The translations under genes and the position numbers were made by a program. A stretch of DNA of 64,000 bases from Magallana gigas. Lineage: Eukaryota. The notes beneath the pieces were generated by a model, which worked only from the letters and a program-made list of their open reading frames with translations, did not search any database and had not been told where the DNA came from. Positions 1-11,875 of the stretch are shown here, piece by piece. The DNA lies in contig NC_088858.1 of NCBI RefSeq assembly GCF_963853765.1, forward strand, positions 52,142,001 to 52,206,000, in the 5' to 3' direction. The number at the start of each line of letters is the position of its first letter. Positions within the stretch are counted from its first letter, which is position 1.

Positions 1-1464
1 AAGTACCGGTATAATATATTTATAATGCTAGTATTAGTACTAGAAATTAATTTACACCATTATGATACCATTCCATTAAATACAATTACAGATAAAGGAA
101 AACGACCTGTTTCTCCGTAAACCATATAGTTTGGAGTACTACTTTTTAAACATAAAATGTGCTTTAAAAACTTTAGGTGAACTCGTTCAATACTAGAGTA
201 TTAGAGCATTAGAGTATTTCCACTTGATGTGTCTAAGTGGGATAATTTTTGTGCCATTTTTTAAAAATAATGATCATTTGAATGTCCGCGAGTCTTCGTC
301 CGTATTATAAATTGAATTGCTTGGTTTTTAGGAATTTTAGGCCAAAAAATGTTAAAAAGGGTTCCGAGTGCAGGTGAACATGCCAGGAAGTAGTTTTATT
401 TCATTGATGATTTAAAGGTATTTCGTTTTGCTGCAACTGTTACATCATAGATGATTTATGAAGCAATCTTGCCGATTTTATGGTGAAAACAATGGAACAG
501 CAGGAAAAGTAATCACCTTGTGGAAGCAGGATCCCTCGGGAGTGTTCGACAAACACTGATATTAACTGGTCGGCATTACAAATTGTTTTGGGTGGTAATT
601 TAATTGAATTTCTCGAGCACATGGCCAATATAAGGAACAATTCACTGATACTTTATGTTGACTTTTGACTTAAATGGTGTGTGTATGATTGAGGATTTAT
701 TGTTTCTAAACAGAATTTAATTATCGACGTTCGACAGGAATAGATACCATTAAACAACCAAAGACATACAAAGAAGAAAGGGAAAAGGGGAGAAATTTAT
801 AAAAACAAGAAATGAACAATTTCAGAGACTTTAAACGTGGATGACAAGACAGAATGAGAAGAAAGACATGTTCCCTTTACTGGAACGCTGCTTGTGTCAT
901 AGACATTTAAAGCTTCTTCCCCATTCAAAAGCAGGTTACGGTGAGATGTCATTTGAAGGCGTGCTTCGATCATTCGTCATTTGAGGTTTCTCACTTTGAA
1001 AACTGGTATTGATAGATGTAATTTGATGACGCTTAACGCTTTGGGGGTCATTATAACTAAACATTACCTTTACTTACAGATCTGACATTTTGTGATTTAT
1101 ATCCGATTCCGAACCTGTTATCCTAAAAACATCTTTACTTTTGATTTGACTCATAAATTGAGTTTCACATCCGCGTATTTTAATCATCCCACAAATCAAT
1201 TAAAAATTAGTTATTCCCTGTTTAAAATTAGAAGAAAACATACGTACATTCATAATAATAAAATGACACTCAGTAAATCATACAGGATGAAAAACCAAAT
1301 TTTGATAAATGCAATGCATAACTTTAATATTCATCAGTATTTACAAAGTCAATGTACATTCATTATTGCCACATTATTTATTGCAATAAATATATTCCAT
1401 TAATTGGTAAATCATTAGTATTGCCCCCGATATCGCATTAAGTCCCACATCCCGACACCTTCCT

Positions 1465-1555
1465 CTGTATATATAAGTTACACACACCTCCCTCTATATA
1501 TACATAAGTTACACACATCTCCCTCTATATATTCATAAGTTACACACACCTCCTC
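1465..1555. repeat. 31-bp tandem repeat, about 3 copies (ataagttacacacacctccctctatatat)
   Basis: ataagtt recurs at 1473, 1504 and 1535, just beyond the stop codon of the 404-aa ORF. Confidence 0.8.
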
Positions 1556-1583
1556 GGATAGAATAAAGTCACGTGTCAGTAAA

Positions 1584-2798
1584 TCACGTGTTTATGAGTT
1601 TGGTTCTCGTGTCCTGGCGCCTGAACATTTGGAATAGTTTCATCTGGTCTTTAGCCAGTGTGTTGACGCCGGATAGATCCAGCATCTCGTCAGGGATCCT
1701 CAGGTATCGACACTTGTTCAAGTCCTTCCACAGCTCCCAGATCTTGGCCTTGTATTCCTCCTCACTCTTGAATGTCTTTTCCAGGGTGAGTCTGTTAGGT
1801 AAAAGTCTGTATTTCATTCCTTTGTTTACACTTCCGGTCGTACTCGCGGCGTCATCCGCTTCCTCTTCGGTGGGGGGAGGAAGTTTGACGATTGGAGGAG
1901 GATTTGTCCAATCAGGAACGGGGTTTTCCTTAAAGTAATCATCCAGCTTCTTCATGAAGTCTTTTTTCCTCTCCTCTAGTTCATTGAATCTTTCTTGTTC
2001 CTCCATAATCATTTCCTGCCGTCGCTCCTCCATTAGGTCTTCTCCTAGATTGCTATCTATGTCGTCTGTTAGACCGGAAGTCCGCTCCTGTGTGCGAGAT
2101 GTCTGAGGGAACTCTTTTTCAACGGCAGTGTGAGATGAGTAAGGGGAGTGAGTGGCATTTGGATTTATTCGCGGAGTATGCGGGTGCTGCCCTAACACTA
2201 ACTGTGAAGTGGCCGGACGGGTCGCTTTCGGAAGTTTATTATTAGTTGAACTTTCCACAAAAGCACTTAGAGGTCGAATGGTGGTCGTCCCAATGTCAGT
2301 AGAATTCCTCCTCTTGGCGGTATTTGGTTCGGGCGCATCAATGAAGGCCCCGGTCACAGAGTTACTGCGTCTGAGGTTTGTGATAGCAGTAAATGGTCTG
2401 TTGATGGTCTCGTCGCTGCCTTTGTGAGAGGACAGAGTGAGGGAAGTATTGGCCCTGGTGGGTCCCTGAATTTTGAGTCTTTTCGCGGCACCGGCGATTT
2501 TTATTGCACTACCGAGATTCACCGTATTCAGAGGTTTGATCTTGCCTTCCGCCTCCAGTTGCTTCATTTCATTTATCTCCTCCACAGATAAGTAGGAGCG
2601 GATTCTAGAAACTTTGTCCTTGAGACGTTTGTAGTTGACTTTGACGATTCTGTGGTCGAGCTGTAGAAGCTTCAAGGAGTACGAACGCTCCAGGTTTAAC
2701 GTCTGCATGCTCTTCTCCAGACAGCGGTCCTCTTTCATGTTGTACGTCACCGCCGCCATCTCCTTGTCACGCCTCATCTTCCGCGTTCCTCCCGGCAT
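1584..2798 (-). CDS. Uncharacterised 404-aa protein with N-terminal coiled coil, long low-complexity middle, second coiled coil and C-terminal CRYLR motif; weak resemblance to CCDC190-type proteins
   Basis: Uninterrupted ATG-to-stop ORF, GC-richer than its flanks. A pyrimidine-tract/AG acceptor (ctcttttctag) lies 28 nt upstream of the ATG (exon start 2826), implying an upstream non-coding exon. The family resemblance is recalled, not searched. Confidence 0.85.
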   Translation of the reverse strand: MPGGTRKMRRDKEMAAVTYNMKEDRCLEKSMQTLNLERSYSLKLLQLDHRIVKVNYKRLKDKVSRIRSYLSVEEINEMKQLEAEGKIKPLNTVNLGSAIKIAGAAKRLKIQGPTRANTSLTLSSHKGSDETINRPFTAITNLRRSNSVTGAFIDAPEPNTAKRRNSTDIGTTTIRPLSAFVESSTNNKLPKATRPATSQLVLGQHPHTPRINPNATHSPYSSHTAVEKEFPQTSRTQERTSGLTDDIDSNLGEDLMEERRQEMIMEEQERFNELEERKKDFMKKLDDYFKENPVPDWTNPPPIVKLPPPTEEEADDAASTTGSVNKGMKYRLLPNRLTLEKTFKSEEEYKAKIWELWKDLNKCRYLRIPDEMLDLSGVNTLAKDQMKLFQMFRRQDTRTKLINT

Positions 2799-5700
2799 GC
2801 TTTACAATGAAATTGAGCTTCCGGTTCTAGAAAAGAGCAGGAAAAAAATACTAGAATACAATAAAGTGGATGAAGTTAAATATATTTCTAATATTGAATA
2901 TAAACCAACAACTTGAGACGAAATTATTGTTCTTTCATGGAAGAAACTCAACAAACATTTAAATTTGTTTTTTCTCTTCCTCTTTCTCTCTCTTTATCAA
3001 TGTTTTGCAATAAAATGGTCTTGAGGGTGTGAATTGATTATTAATCTGAGAAGTTAACCAGCAAACTTCTCAAGACATTCATAAAACCTGTCCAGGTATT
3101 GCAGTCAATAGCCCAATAACAAATCAGAGATGGATCTAGAACCCGGCTCTTAACACTGAACGCGTCCAGCCAGCCTTCGATTGTGCTCTGTTTGGTCCCA
3201 GAAATAACGCTTTTAGAAATCAATTAAAACACCGTTAATGAACAGCTTTAGATGAGAAAAAAAACTTTGTCGGTTGTGGGTGGATGTTTTCGGAGGAAAT
3301 ATTTTTTTTTTCGAGCTGTAAGCTGAAGAGCATTTATGTAAATGTATCGAAGAACAAAGATAAGAGCAATTTTAAAACTTTGAGATCGATGTAAGGTCCT
3401 ATCGATATGACCGTCTACAGAAATATATTGACTTGTACTTTTAATTCTTGTAGAATTCGATTTTTAAACCATTGGAAATTAGAAACTCAGCAATGATTCC
3501 CTGCATTATAGATGTCATTTCATCTTAAGTAAATATTGGGGACTTGATGCCACACAGAACACAGTATCCTACATATACTTCGTCATTCACATCGGCGACC
3601 AAATGGTCTCCCCCGATTTGGTTGTGAAACTGAATAGAAACACGAGAAGGAAAGAAATCTGCGAAACTCAAAAAAATTATAAGACACTCAGGTTAGACAT
3701 GCAGTTCTTAAGTTTGGAGACGAATTTCTCGATTCAAAAATTTGTTATCATACATTAACAAGGACGTGTACATCTAATAATAGGTAAGGGAAAATTTCAG
3801 TTTTACTTAATGTTAAAATAAACCACAAGACTAAAGTACCTAAGGACTTCAAGCATTTCACATAAAACACGTTATTACCAAATTGATCGCGTGAAATCAA
3901 GATAATATTATGATTGGGTGAATTTCATTAAATAGTTGTTTAATTACTCATAGTCAGGAAATAGCATTGCTTGAAGTCCCAATTAATTAGTTTTTCACTT
4001 AATGAAAAATAAAGTTTTGGTTAAAACTTACCGATTTTTAATTGTAAATGTATAATTTCAAGCATGAAATTGGACAACATAAAGGTTCCATCACAAGTGA
4101 CGACTGAATAGTGTGAGCAAAGTCAGTATAGAGGACACCCAGAGAACGCCTCTCTGCGGTCCCTACTAATCCCACACCTTGGAACAATTCACCCCATTAA
4201 CGGCTCCCGAAGAATTGGTCAATATGACTCAATTAACGAGCGATTGCCTTTATATTGAAATTGCATTTCCTCAGTACAAATCCCTTTAATGGAAAACCAG
4301 GATTTAAAGATTTCGCTTTTTTTTGTCCCTCTACTTCACGGTCTGGTGTAGTCGATGCTTCACGCCGCTCCCACCCCAGAACTCGGCGATTACAAAACGT
4401 GTTTCTGGCTCACTGAAGATGAAGTCAGTGCAACAAAAGAAGTGATATTTTACAGCTTTTAGAACACCAGAATGTAAATTAGGACTTTTAGAAATTAAAT
4501 AAAATGTTTAAATCACACCAGGGTTTGACGTAGACCTGGCTCGTATCGACCAATGAGCGCACTGGATGATGGAGAAAGTCGACCGCTAGATCGAACTGAT
4601 ACGACGGCGACCGATTTACGGCCAGTCTTTAGATTGCTGGTCTCAACATTTTGATTTAATCCTCCCCTTTATTGATTTCGCGATAAAAAAAATCAATTGT
4701 AATTTAGTGAAACCTGATATTGAATTCTTTTTTCTTTTTTTCTTTTTTTTTGAGGTAACACGACCAGGTGACATATACTAAATTGTAAAGCTAATAATAA
4801 GATATTTGTTTCTGGGGTTGGGCAGGGCGCGATTCTGCACCTGATTAAATCCGCGTTTCTGATTCAAGCAGATTAAGGGATTACCCGTCACCTGCACTAT
4901 GTCAATGATAGAGTCCCGGCTTGTTTGAAGATTTCATGACTTAAAAGACATTTCTACACATTCCCAATGCACTCGGCGCAGAAGAGTCCTCAAATAGACC
5001 TCTCGGAATTCAGAACCCAGGGATACGACATGCATATGTACCCAGTAATACGTAAGAAAGCAAACAACGGCGCCTGATCAAGAGGGCCCACCAGAATGGA
5101 AGGCAATCACAGTTCTTTTTACAGCAAACAACGATATTTCGTTTTGTCTCTAGCTATATTTGACTAATGTTTGCCTAAAAATATAATTAACCCGTAAACT
5201 TATCTAGTGTGCGGGTGCCATAACAAACTCTTTAACGCGATCAAACAAGATAACTTGGTTAAAAAAAGAAAGACAAACAAACTGTCTAAGCAATATAGAA
5301 GAAATGCGAAAACTATTTAAAGTTTAATTCACTTAAAAATTTAAAAAAAAAAATACAACTGAATCCACCACCCACACCCCCCCCCAAAAAAAAAACCTCG
5401 TCCAACCCTTACCTTAATTTGATGATACTAACGCTGTCATGTCCGAGTTACGCGTGAAATGAATCAGTTAATCCATAGAGCAGATAAACTTCCACAGAGG
5501 CAGGATCGAAAACCTTGTCTCAAAATTTCGCTGCATTAATATTATGTAGTAGTGAAGCTATCAAATTTCTCATTTGCACATTTAAACCTTCGAAATCAAA
5601 ATTTTAAATTTAGAGACAGTTGTGACAAACAAGTGTAGGGTCGTAGATTGGAGAGTTATTCTATTTACAGTGGAGCTGTCACTTAGCTAGAATTATTCCT

Positions 5701-6761
5701 GCGATTAGACCCCGAACAATACCTCACCGTGGTAACCCGATCTCCTACAAAAACAATACCCCCACACAACGGCCCGCTCAAGGATCAATGGTTTAAAAGT
5801 GACATAGAATTTTCTGAGATTATTTAACGGAAATTAAATCAGTCTGAAAAATCAATTTGGAGTTTATTATTTTTGTTGTCACGATTAAAACATGTACCTT
5901 TTCCCCTCCACGCCAAAAATACTAAACACAAAACACCCGCTGTGTTCATAAATAGAAGCAATCAAATGACAGGGGATTGCATTCTATTTCCGTTTTGTTG
6001 TTTCGCATTTTTAATAAAGGTATGTTCGAAGTTTATTTGCTATTCAGAAGAGTTGAAAACGTTATTTGTTTTTGGAAAAACCCTTTTCAAATTCGATACA
6101 CTAATAAACATTTTTTCTAAAACTAACAGCTTCAGAGAACAAAAGCGACAATGGACCGATCTTTATGTTATTCGTAATCGAGATTTTCTCGAGAGCTAAA
6201 AAGGTTAAATAGAGCTCCCTTTTATTTTTAGAACGTGCTTTGTTATCCATAAAAGTAAACCTTTTTAAAAATGTTCAAGAGAGAAAGTGGCAATGGAAAC
6301 TCATCATCAGGTTTATTTACTTTCAAAACAATGAGAACGTAGTATAGTCCACTTAAAGTACTCCAACCCTTTATTTACAGGCAATATATATATATCAGGA
6401 ACGGGTCTATGGCCGAGCATAGAAGTCACATGTGCCAACTTGGCCTTTGTTAGTATCGGAATCGAGTCGTAGAAACTCATTGTTCCCGGATACTATCTTA
6501 TATGCAGTGTCTCCATTTATGGGCCACTTGTCGAGATAAAAAAGTAAAGAGAGGCAATTAGTTCCAGGGAATGGAACACTTATTGTAGATGTGTATGGCG
6601 CTAAGTTTCTGGGACTCTTCCAGGTACGGAATATCAATAAATACTGTCCAGGAATTCCCGGTTACTTCACAGTGATAACCCGCCGTGGAAATTATAGTGT
6701 TGGTAAATTAAATGTGCCCTGTACGACATCTCAATGTGAAACAGTGTTTTAGACAATATAG

Positions 6762-6896
6762 AAATACTATCTTTTGTGATTCATGCGGGTATGAAGGTAT
6801 GCGACATTGCAGAAAAAATACACATCCCGCGTAATGTTATTTTTTCTGCAATGACAGTTACCTTCATAAACCGCAGGAATCATCAAAGAAAATATT
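6762..6896. repeat. About 130-bp imperfect palindrome (foldback/MITE-like)
   Basis: gattcatgcgggtatgaaggta..cattgcagaaaaaata pairs with tatttttctgcaatg..taccttcataaaccgcaggaatc around a short loop. Confidence 0.75.
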
Positions 6897-9440
6897 TTAT
6901 TGTTTATATTTATACATCTTTTAGAAAATTGACAAATTTATCATAAAAAGTAAATAAATCATGGTTAATGTACATCAGTACGTTATTTAGAAGAAATAGC
7001 AAATTTTTCATATTGAGTTTGACAACAACATGATTATTTCGTGCAGTCCGTGATTTTTCTAAGGTTGTTGAAGGTTGGAACTGAATTGTGTAGATTTGAG
7101 CCCTGTCAGTTTCAATAGAACTATAAATCTTTTCAGTGGATGTAAATATATATAATTAAAGTCCATCTTTGGCAACGTTTCATTGGTATTTATAGCTCTT
7201 CATACTCACAATGTTTGTGTTGGGTCTCAACAATTACACCAAATTATAATTTTCTATTTAGAGGGATGTGAATTATCGGCCTAAATTATTCCAAAAAGGT
7301 CCATGCAAAAACCTCTTGTATGTTCGGATGATTAAATTACTTTAATTGGAGACTGTACACATAGCATTACAATTTGTGCTCAAATCATGAAATTGAAAAC
7401 CAAATATCAATGACTGGAAAAAGGTCACTATATTTAATTACACAGGTAAATCATTTTTCCTAACCACAATTAGTGATGCTGAAAAAAAAATGAATTATTG
7501 TCCACAAGATTTTTAAAATAAAATAACATACTCTACTTAAAATCTATGAATTTTCTGCTGAATGTCAAAACCAATCAAACAATATTTAGAGTCACTTACC
7601 AACTGAAAGCTTCAATACACAATTAATTTTCATTTAGGACAATGAGAACTTTTATTTATATGTGTCAAACTTTAAGAATGACGTCATTTACAAGTTGGTC
7701 TCTGATTGGACATCGCGGGTCATCTTCTTACAATAGCGGGTCGTCTGCTGAAAGCCTATAACTGATATATTGACCTCTCTCCCAGCCCGCTTCAATTCAG
7801 ATTTGACGTTAGTTGACACTCTCACGTAAAACCCAATCCGATTGAAACAATATTATTCCTACTTTCAAAACAAATACTCGATTCAATTCACTCGTAAATG
7901 TAACGACAACATTCGAATACGCCGTAAAGGTGCGCTGCCTGTTTTTCTGGAGGACTTTGTGTGTTTTTAGTATTTTGCTGTGGAGTAGTATAAATGTTTT
8001 CACCCATTGTAAATCAGACTAAAGGAGCCCCCACACGCAAACAACGGTAGATATGCTACTTCAGTTATTGATATGTTGGAAGGTCATTTGATTGTTCTGT
8101 CAAAAAGTGGGCTTCTTTTCTCACCGTTGATCTATATGCCAATGTCACAACTCCCAGTATGATATAAGCGGCCATATATCAGGGGTTAACTTTTGGTATC
8201 TTGCAAATGAATAGGTTTTCTGATTTACTGCAGATCCTACAGGCCTTGGATGTCGGCTTTACTCCTTAGTTCGATAACAATATCAGATGGCTTTTTAAGT
8301 GTTCAAAGCCTCCTTACACACAAATGAAAATAGATATATGTACATGTATTTTAATAAGCGTCATTAAATGATACGCACTTTGCCTTGCAATGATCGGTAA
8401 AGCCATTTATTTGCAATTTAAAACGTGATATGTCATTAATGAAGCTATTTAATATGTTGTTCAAAAGCCATTTTAAAATTGATGAAATGTTGTTCTGATG
8501 TGAAGATATCGCAGTGTATATCTGCTTCACCAAGGTTAAGAATCAGGGTTTGTTCTTGTAGATACATGTTTAATGTCTATGTAACAAGCGTAACTAATAA
8601 ACATGTACAGAAACCAGTTTAAAAGTCTACTGAAGCTTGATGCTGTTTTTACAAAAACCATGTAGTCCCAAACCATCAAGCATGATGTTTGTTTTTTAAA
8701 GTTTATTAAAAAGCGAAAAGTTGCGCAATTAACCTAAACAAATACTTAGTTACGGGAAAGGTTTACTCTCGCCAGTGACACTATAAGGTTAGATAAGGTG
8801 CAATTTTATTTATGAGTTATTTCAGAAGACACACTCGTGTAACAAACATTATATTCATGTACTGGGAATTTTTCAAATGCTACATTTCAATTTATGTTCA
8901 AATCGCAGTGTGTCCTCCAAATGGGAAGTAAAAAAAAACCGTAAAACGTGTACTCTGATATTGCTTAGAAAGACAGCTTTTTAGGAATCGATATAAAAAT
9001 TTGTCTCTAACGACTCTAAGATTATTGGGATACCCCCTGAATCTCCGGCAAATCCCTAAGAAATACGAAATATTGACGTTGCTTAGTCCTGTGGGATATC
9101 TTTTGAAGCTCGACACTGATATTTATACGTGTATGACACCATTTATCGATTCTTACGATACCAATGCATCAATTAATCACATGTGTTTGTTGATAAGTGT
9201 GAATGTCATAAGAATCAAAGATAAATCGTAATAGTTTACAAGTTTTAAATCAGGACGAACACCCCGGTGCTGTACGGCAAAAAGCGTCCCACGGACACAA
9301 GTTCTCAACTCAAAGTAAAGGTACCAATAAACCACCAGAGTGTTACCTTCAAATCCCACAGAAACTAGCTCCCAACTTAAAGTTAAGGTACCAATAGACA
9401 ACCAGAGAATTATATTCATATCTCACGGACACAAGATCTC

Positions 9441-10607
9441 AACTCAAATATACATGTAGGTAACTATGATACACTCAAATGTAGATAATTATGATGCACT
9501 CAAATGTAGGTAACTATAATACACTCAAATGTAGGTAACTATGATACACTCAAATATAGGTAACTATGATACACTCAAATGTAGGTAACTATAATACACT
9601 CAAATGTAGGTAACTATGATACACTCAAATATAGGTAACTATGATACACTCAAATGTAGGTAACTATGATACACTCAAATATAGGTAACTATGATACACT
9701 CAAATGTAGGTAACTATGATACACTCAAATGTAGGTAACTATAATACACTCAAATGTAGGTAACTATGATACACTCAAATGTAGGTAACTATGATACACT
9801 CAAATATAGGTAACTATGATACACTCAAATGTAGGTAACTATAATACACTCAAATGTAGGTAACTATGATACACTCAAATAAAGGTAACTATGATACACT
9901 CAAATATAGGTAACTATGATACACTCAAATATATAAACGAAGGTAACAATGATACACACAGATGTGGGTAACTATGATACACTCAAATGTAGGTAATTAT
10001 GATACACTCAAATGTAGGTAACTATGATACACTCAAATGTAGATAATTATGATACACTCAAATGTAGGTAACTATGATACACTCAAATGTAGATAATTAT
10101 GATACACTCAAATGTAGGTAACTATGATACACTCAAATGTAGGTAACTATGATACACTCAGATATATACATGTAGGTAATTATGATACACTCAAATGTAG
10201 GTAACTATGATACACTCAAATGTAGGCAACTATGATATACTCAAATATATACATGTAGGTAATTATGATACACTCAAATGTATATAGGTAATTATGATAC
10301 ACTCAAATGTAGGCAACTATGATATACTCAAATATATACATGTGGGTAATTATGATACACTCAAATGTAGGTAATTATGATACACTCAAATGTAGGCAAC
10401 TATGATACACTCAAATATATACATGTAGGTAATTATGATACAGTCAAATGTAGGCAACTATGATACACTCAAATGTAGGTAACTATGACATACTTAAATG
10501 TATACATGTAGGTAATTATGATACACTCAAATGTAGGTAACTATGACATACTCAAATGTATACATGTAGGTAATTATGATTCACTCAAATGTAGGTAACT
10601 ATGATAC
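9441..10607. repeat. 25-bp minisatellite, about 45 copies (ctcaaatgtaggtaactatgataca)
   Basis: Period 25 (ctcaaat at 9524, 9549, 9574 and onward). The right half is more degenerate and carries tacatgta insertions. Confidence 0.97.
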
Positions 10608-11237
10608 ATCACCAGGATATATTACATCCAACTTTTTGGGCCCTCAAAATAGGGGAACAATAAACTGTCATTGTACTTTAAGTATTACATTCAACTAGTT
10701 GTCACAATCCACATTATAGGAAAACAAATCACACACACGAGGGTTTTATCTTCTTCATCATCACAGGTGCTTTCAACTCAAACAATTTATTTCGAGGTAT
10801 ATAACTTAACTCCCACGGACACTTAATAAATGATTTTAACTCATTCTTTACAGATAAAAACCCAATGGTCTTTTATTCAAATTTAACGAACACTTATGAT
10901 TCCATCAACATGTACTAACATACATCTAGGTAAACAGTTTTCGACCAGGGTATCTCATTTCAAATTCCGCGTACACTAACGCTCGTAGCTTACTCACACT
11001 AGAGAGTATAGTAAAACCTTTGGTGAATTACGTTAAACTTTCACGGAAACCTAACGCTCTGTCAACGAAAACCATAAACCACCACAATATCACATTGAAC
11101 TCTCAGTGTGAAGATCAAAGCGTCTGACATTAGATAAAAAAATAAAGGGACAAGGAACCAACTTCACGTATACAGATAGAACGAAAGCAACAAAAAACGA
11201 ATGTAATAGCAGCATAAATAATAAGAAACAACTCATT

Positions 11238-11875
11238 AGACTGTTGTAGACAACTACTAGACCATTAGGTAACGTACACAACAGACTGTTGTAGACAACT
11301 ACTAGACCTTTAGGTAACGTACACAACAGACGGTTGTAGACAACTATATGACCATAAGGTAGCGTACACAGCAGACTGTTGTAGACAACTACTAGACCAT
11401 AAGGTAACGTACACAACCGACTGTTGTAGACAACTACTAGATCATAAAGTAACGTACACAAGAGACGGTTGTAGACAACTATTAAGCTATAAGGTAACGT
11501 ACACAACCGACTGTTGTAGACAACTACTAGATCATAAAGTAACGTACACAAGAGACGGTTGTAGACAACTATTAAGCCATAAGGTAGCGTACACAGCAGA
11601 CTGTTGTAGACAACTACAAACCATAAAGTAATATAACGTACACAACAGACTGTTGTAGACAACTACTAGACCATTAGGTTACGTACATAAAAGACTGTTG
11701 TAGACATCTACTAAACCATAAGGTGACGTACAAAACAGAATGTTGTAGACAACTACTAGACCATAAGGTAACATACACAACAGATTGTTGTAGACAACTA
11801 CTAGACTATTAGGTAACGTACACAACAGACTGTTTTAGACAACTTATAGACCATAAGGTAACATACACAACAGAT
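11238..11875. repeat. 45-bp minisatellite, about 14 copies (agactgttgtagacaactactagaccataaggtaacgtacacaac)
   Basis: Period 45 (agactgttg at 11238 and 11283). It explains the repetitive 190-aa ORF 11090..11662. Confidence 0.95.

Noticed and set aside
1573-2916. + strand ORFs 1573..1938, 2152..2427 and 2635..2916
   Set aside because: Antisense shadows of the 404-aa gene.
11090-11662. 190-aa hydrophobic ORF with 15-aa repeats
   Set aside because: A by-product of a 45-bp stop-free repeat; no link to a spliced gene or recognisable domain.
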